NCBI GenBank assembly: GCA_009602725.1
Contig: WELB01000017.1
Span: forward strand, 669,114 to 733,113
From: Spirogloea muscicola
Lineage: Eukaryota
Length of the DNA: 64,000 nucleotides
Direction: 5' to 3'
Both the position numbers and the translations under genes were made by a program. The number at the start of each line of letters is the position of its first letter. Within the stretch, counting starts at the first letter, position 1. The notes below the pieces were generated by a model. It saw only the letters and a program-made list of their open reading frames with translations, ran no database searches and had not been told where the DNA came from. Shown here piece by piece: positions 62,201 to 64,000 of the stretch.

Positions 62201-63945
62201 GCGGTTTTGAACTTCGTGTGGTTCCGTCATGTCTAGTTGTCTCGATGCCTAGCTAGTGTGTTTCCCTTCTTTTGGATTTTGTCCATTCTTTTTTGGCTGG
62301 CTTCTGCCAGCCCCTCTCCTCTATGGGCGAGCTCATCTTCTAGACAGTCCTAGTCGTTCTTCTCAATGGGCGGGCACTTTCTTCTTCTTCTTCTTGCCCG
62401 TTACACTGGTGGAGACGCCGAGCGCGAAGTAAGAAGGTGCTCGCCATTGAGAATAGGGGCTGGAAAAGCCAGCCCAATAAAGAATCAACAAAGGACGAGA
62501 CGAAAGCGCGGCCAGACTGACTGGTGGCTGGGAAAGGCCAGCCCAAAGGAATGGACAAGGTCTGAAGTAGCCGGAGTGCGAAGGAAGCGCGGCCAGATTG
62601 ACTGGTGGCTGGGAAGGGCCAGCCCAAAGGAATGAACAAAGAACGAGAAGGGGGCCAGAGGAAGCCAGAGGAAGCGCTAAGAAACCAAAGCACACAAAGA
62701 AAGAAGGAAGGACTAGGACATCAGCCAGGGAACGCTCAGTAACCTCTAATCAGGAGATGCAAGTGAGTAGCTAGCCAGCGGAAAGATGTCGCCCTGACGG
62801 AAGCCGGAGGCCGCCGCCAAAGCTCGGCCTGCGCGCAAGTGAACAGGGTAACGGTCCCTGTACCATCCCGCTCATTATCGGGTTAGCCCGAAATGTTGCA
62901 AGACCATGCACCCGCTCGCCTTCAAGTGACAGCACAATCAAAGTAAGGCGATGGCTGTAAAATAGAACCGCTTTCCGAAAAGTGGCGCGGGCTCTGAACA
63001 GCTCAGCCCGAAATTGATAACAGCTGTGAGGCCAGCCCAAAAGAAAAAACTGGAAGAATAAAGGAAGGGGTAGAAAGTCAGCGTGTAGTGAGAGAGGAAA
63101 CTTTTTCAGATGATGAAGATGATGGCTGTGAGAAACAAGAATGGGTGTGAAAAGCGAGCACAACATGGACAAGATGTGGGGCCAGAAGCGAAGGTTGTGC
63201 AGTTTTACGAGCCAAGAGAGAAAGTCCTTCCCATGTGGGGGGCGATGGCCGTGAAAGAAGAAGCTCGTCCACTTCAGGAAGTGGCCTGGAAAGGCCGGCC
63301 CAAAAATAATGGACAAGGTCCAAAGAGCCAAAAGGCGCCTAACCCATGTGATGAGGGGGCCGTGAAAGGCCACCACACAAATTGATGGACAGGGTCCAAG
63401 AGGGGCCTCAGCACGTGGCAGATGCGAGTTGGTGCCCAATAACTCGTAGTCAAGCACCAGTTGTACTAGCAGCCGGGTCGAGAGAATCTCTTCCAGAACG
63501 GAAAGAGTTCCTTCAGAAGAAGGCGATGGCCGTGACAGGCGAGCTCAACGGGAATGGACAAGGTCCAAGTTGTTAGACAGCGTCACTCAGCAAAGCTAGT
63601 GGGTATATGGATGACACCTGGTCAACAGTCGAAGGTCAGAAAGTAGCAGCCTGACTCTGTGTAGGAATTATGCCTTGAAATTAGTAGAGTCGGAGTCAAT
63701 ACGCGTGAGCTTAAAGGCAGCAGGTAAGGCACAAGAGCGAGTGATGGCCAGAGCGGCCAAGTACAGTAGCAGGCACATTCTCGAACAATGATTGTCCACA
63801 AATATCTGAGCTGGGCTTCCGCAGCCTTCACGGCCGCAAGCTCTAACCAACAACGTGCAAGCCCTAGGCTGGCAGTGACCTCGAGCAAGTCGTGAAACGA
63901 GGACCGGTGCAGCCAAAGGCGTCGAGGGGGTCTATGGGCGAGCAA
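59300..63945. mobile_element. Dense nest of 5'-truncated RLE-type non-LTR retrotransposon ends in both orientations
   Basis: ORF-end copies at 59890-60272(-), ~60510-60570(-), 61245-61560(-), 61640-61827(+), 61940-62044(+), 62176-62210(+) and ~62735-62850(-), plus about a dozen isolated 3' stem-loop ends. Confidence 0.85.
61116..62174. repeat. ~235-bp near-identical inverted repeat (61116-61349 / 61940-62174) with a further direct copy at 62176-62340
   Basis: gaagatgagctcgccc...cggcccgcgcgcga and its reverse complement, with only a few differences. Confidence 0.95.
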
Positions 63946-64000
63946 TTATGTCGGTGGGGGTTTGGTAGGAGGCCATAACAGCGGGGACAGGCAACGTCAA

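Noticed and set aside
62507..62640. Hammerhead or HDV-like ribozyme in the repeated motif
   Set aside because: No CUGANGA/GAAA hammerhead core or HDV nested pseudoknot could be traced by eye
62771..63457. 228-aa hydrophobic minus-strand ORF
   Set aside because: A chance read-through of stacked T/C-rich retrotransposon 3'UTR fragments
59300..63945. CRISPR-like repeat-spacer array
   Set aside because: Repeats are degenerate, irregularly spaced, in both orientations and attached to retrotransposon ORF ends; there are no cas genes and the context is eukaryotic
1..64000. tRNA, rRNA or snRNA genes
   Set aside because: None recognised by eye; tRNAscan-SE and Infernal were not run, so small or intronic RNAs could be missed

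Overview
Gene-dense, intron-rich eukaryotic nuclear DNA from a green plant lineage. The plant-type gene set and very GC-rich (GCC)n gene starts suggest a streptophyte alga such as a zygnematophyte; this is inference. All homology calls come from my recall of family motifs, not from a database search. Spliced genes in order: INTS8 (-), ELC/VPS23 (+), DUF4050/Gag1-like clamp protein (-), an ecdysoneless-like N-terminal fragment (-), dPGM (+), RimP-like plastid protein (+), PAC4 (-), TTL allantoin synthase (+), CHIP (-), eIF2B-epsilon (-), MED27 (+), serine carboxypeptidase-like (-), DnaJ-type Zn-finger protein (-), STELLO-like tandem glycosyltransferase (+), RPS10 (-), ureidoglycolate amidohydrolase (+) and an EXORDIUM/Phi-1 protein with a Pro-rich tail (-). 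Most genes sit in head-to-head pairs. The most unusual signal is a diverse set of extremely 5'-truncated RLE-type (CRE/NeSL-like) non-LTR retrotransposon ends. They share a C-terminal peptide (...RLSVSLQRS...SDLxLLTRGY*) and a 3' stem-loop (TTGTCCATTC...GGCTGG-loop-CCAGCC). They pile up in nests just upstream of gene starts and across 59-64 kb, with nested 43-55 bp insertions flanked by TSDs, a twin-priming-type inversion and a long inverted repeat. Other points of note: an INTS8 orthologue, a PTS2-skipping alternative acceptor in TTL, a probable GC-AG intron, and a STELLO domain with a degenerate DxD motif fused to a second GT-like domain. Three N-gaps and seven single 'n' joins hide several gene 5' ends.
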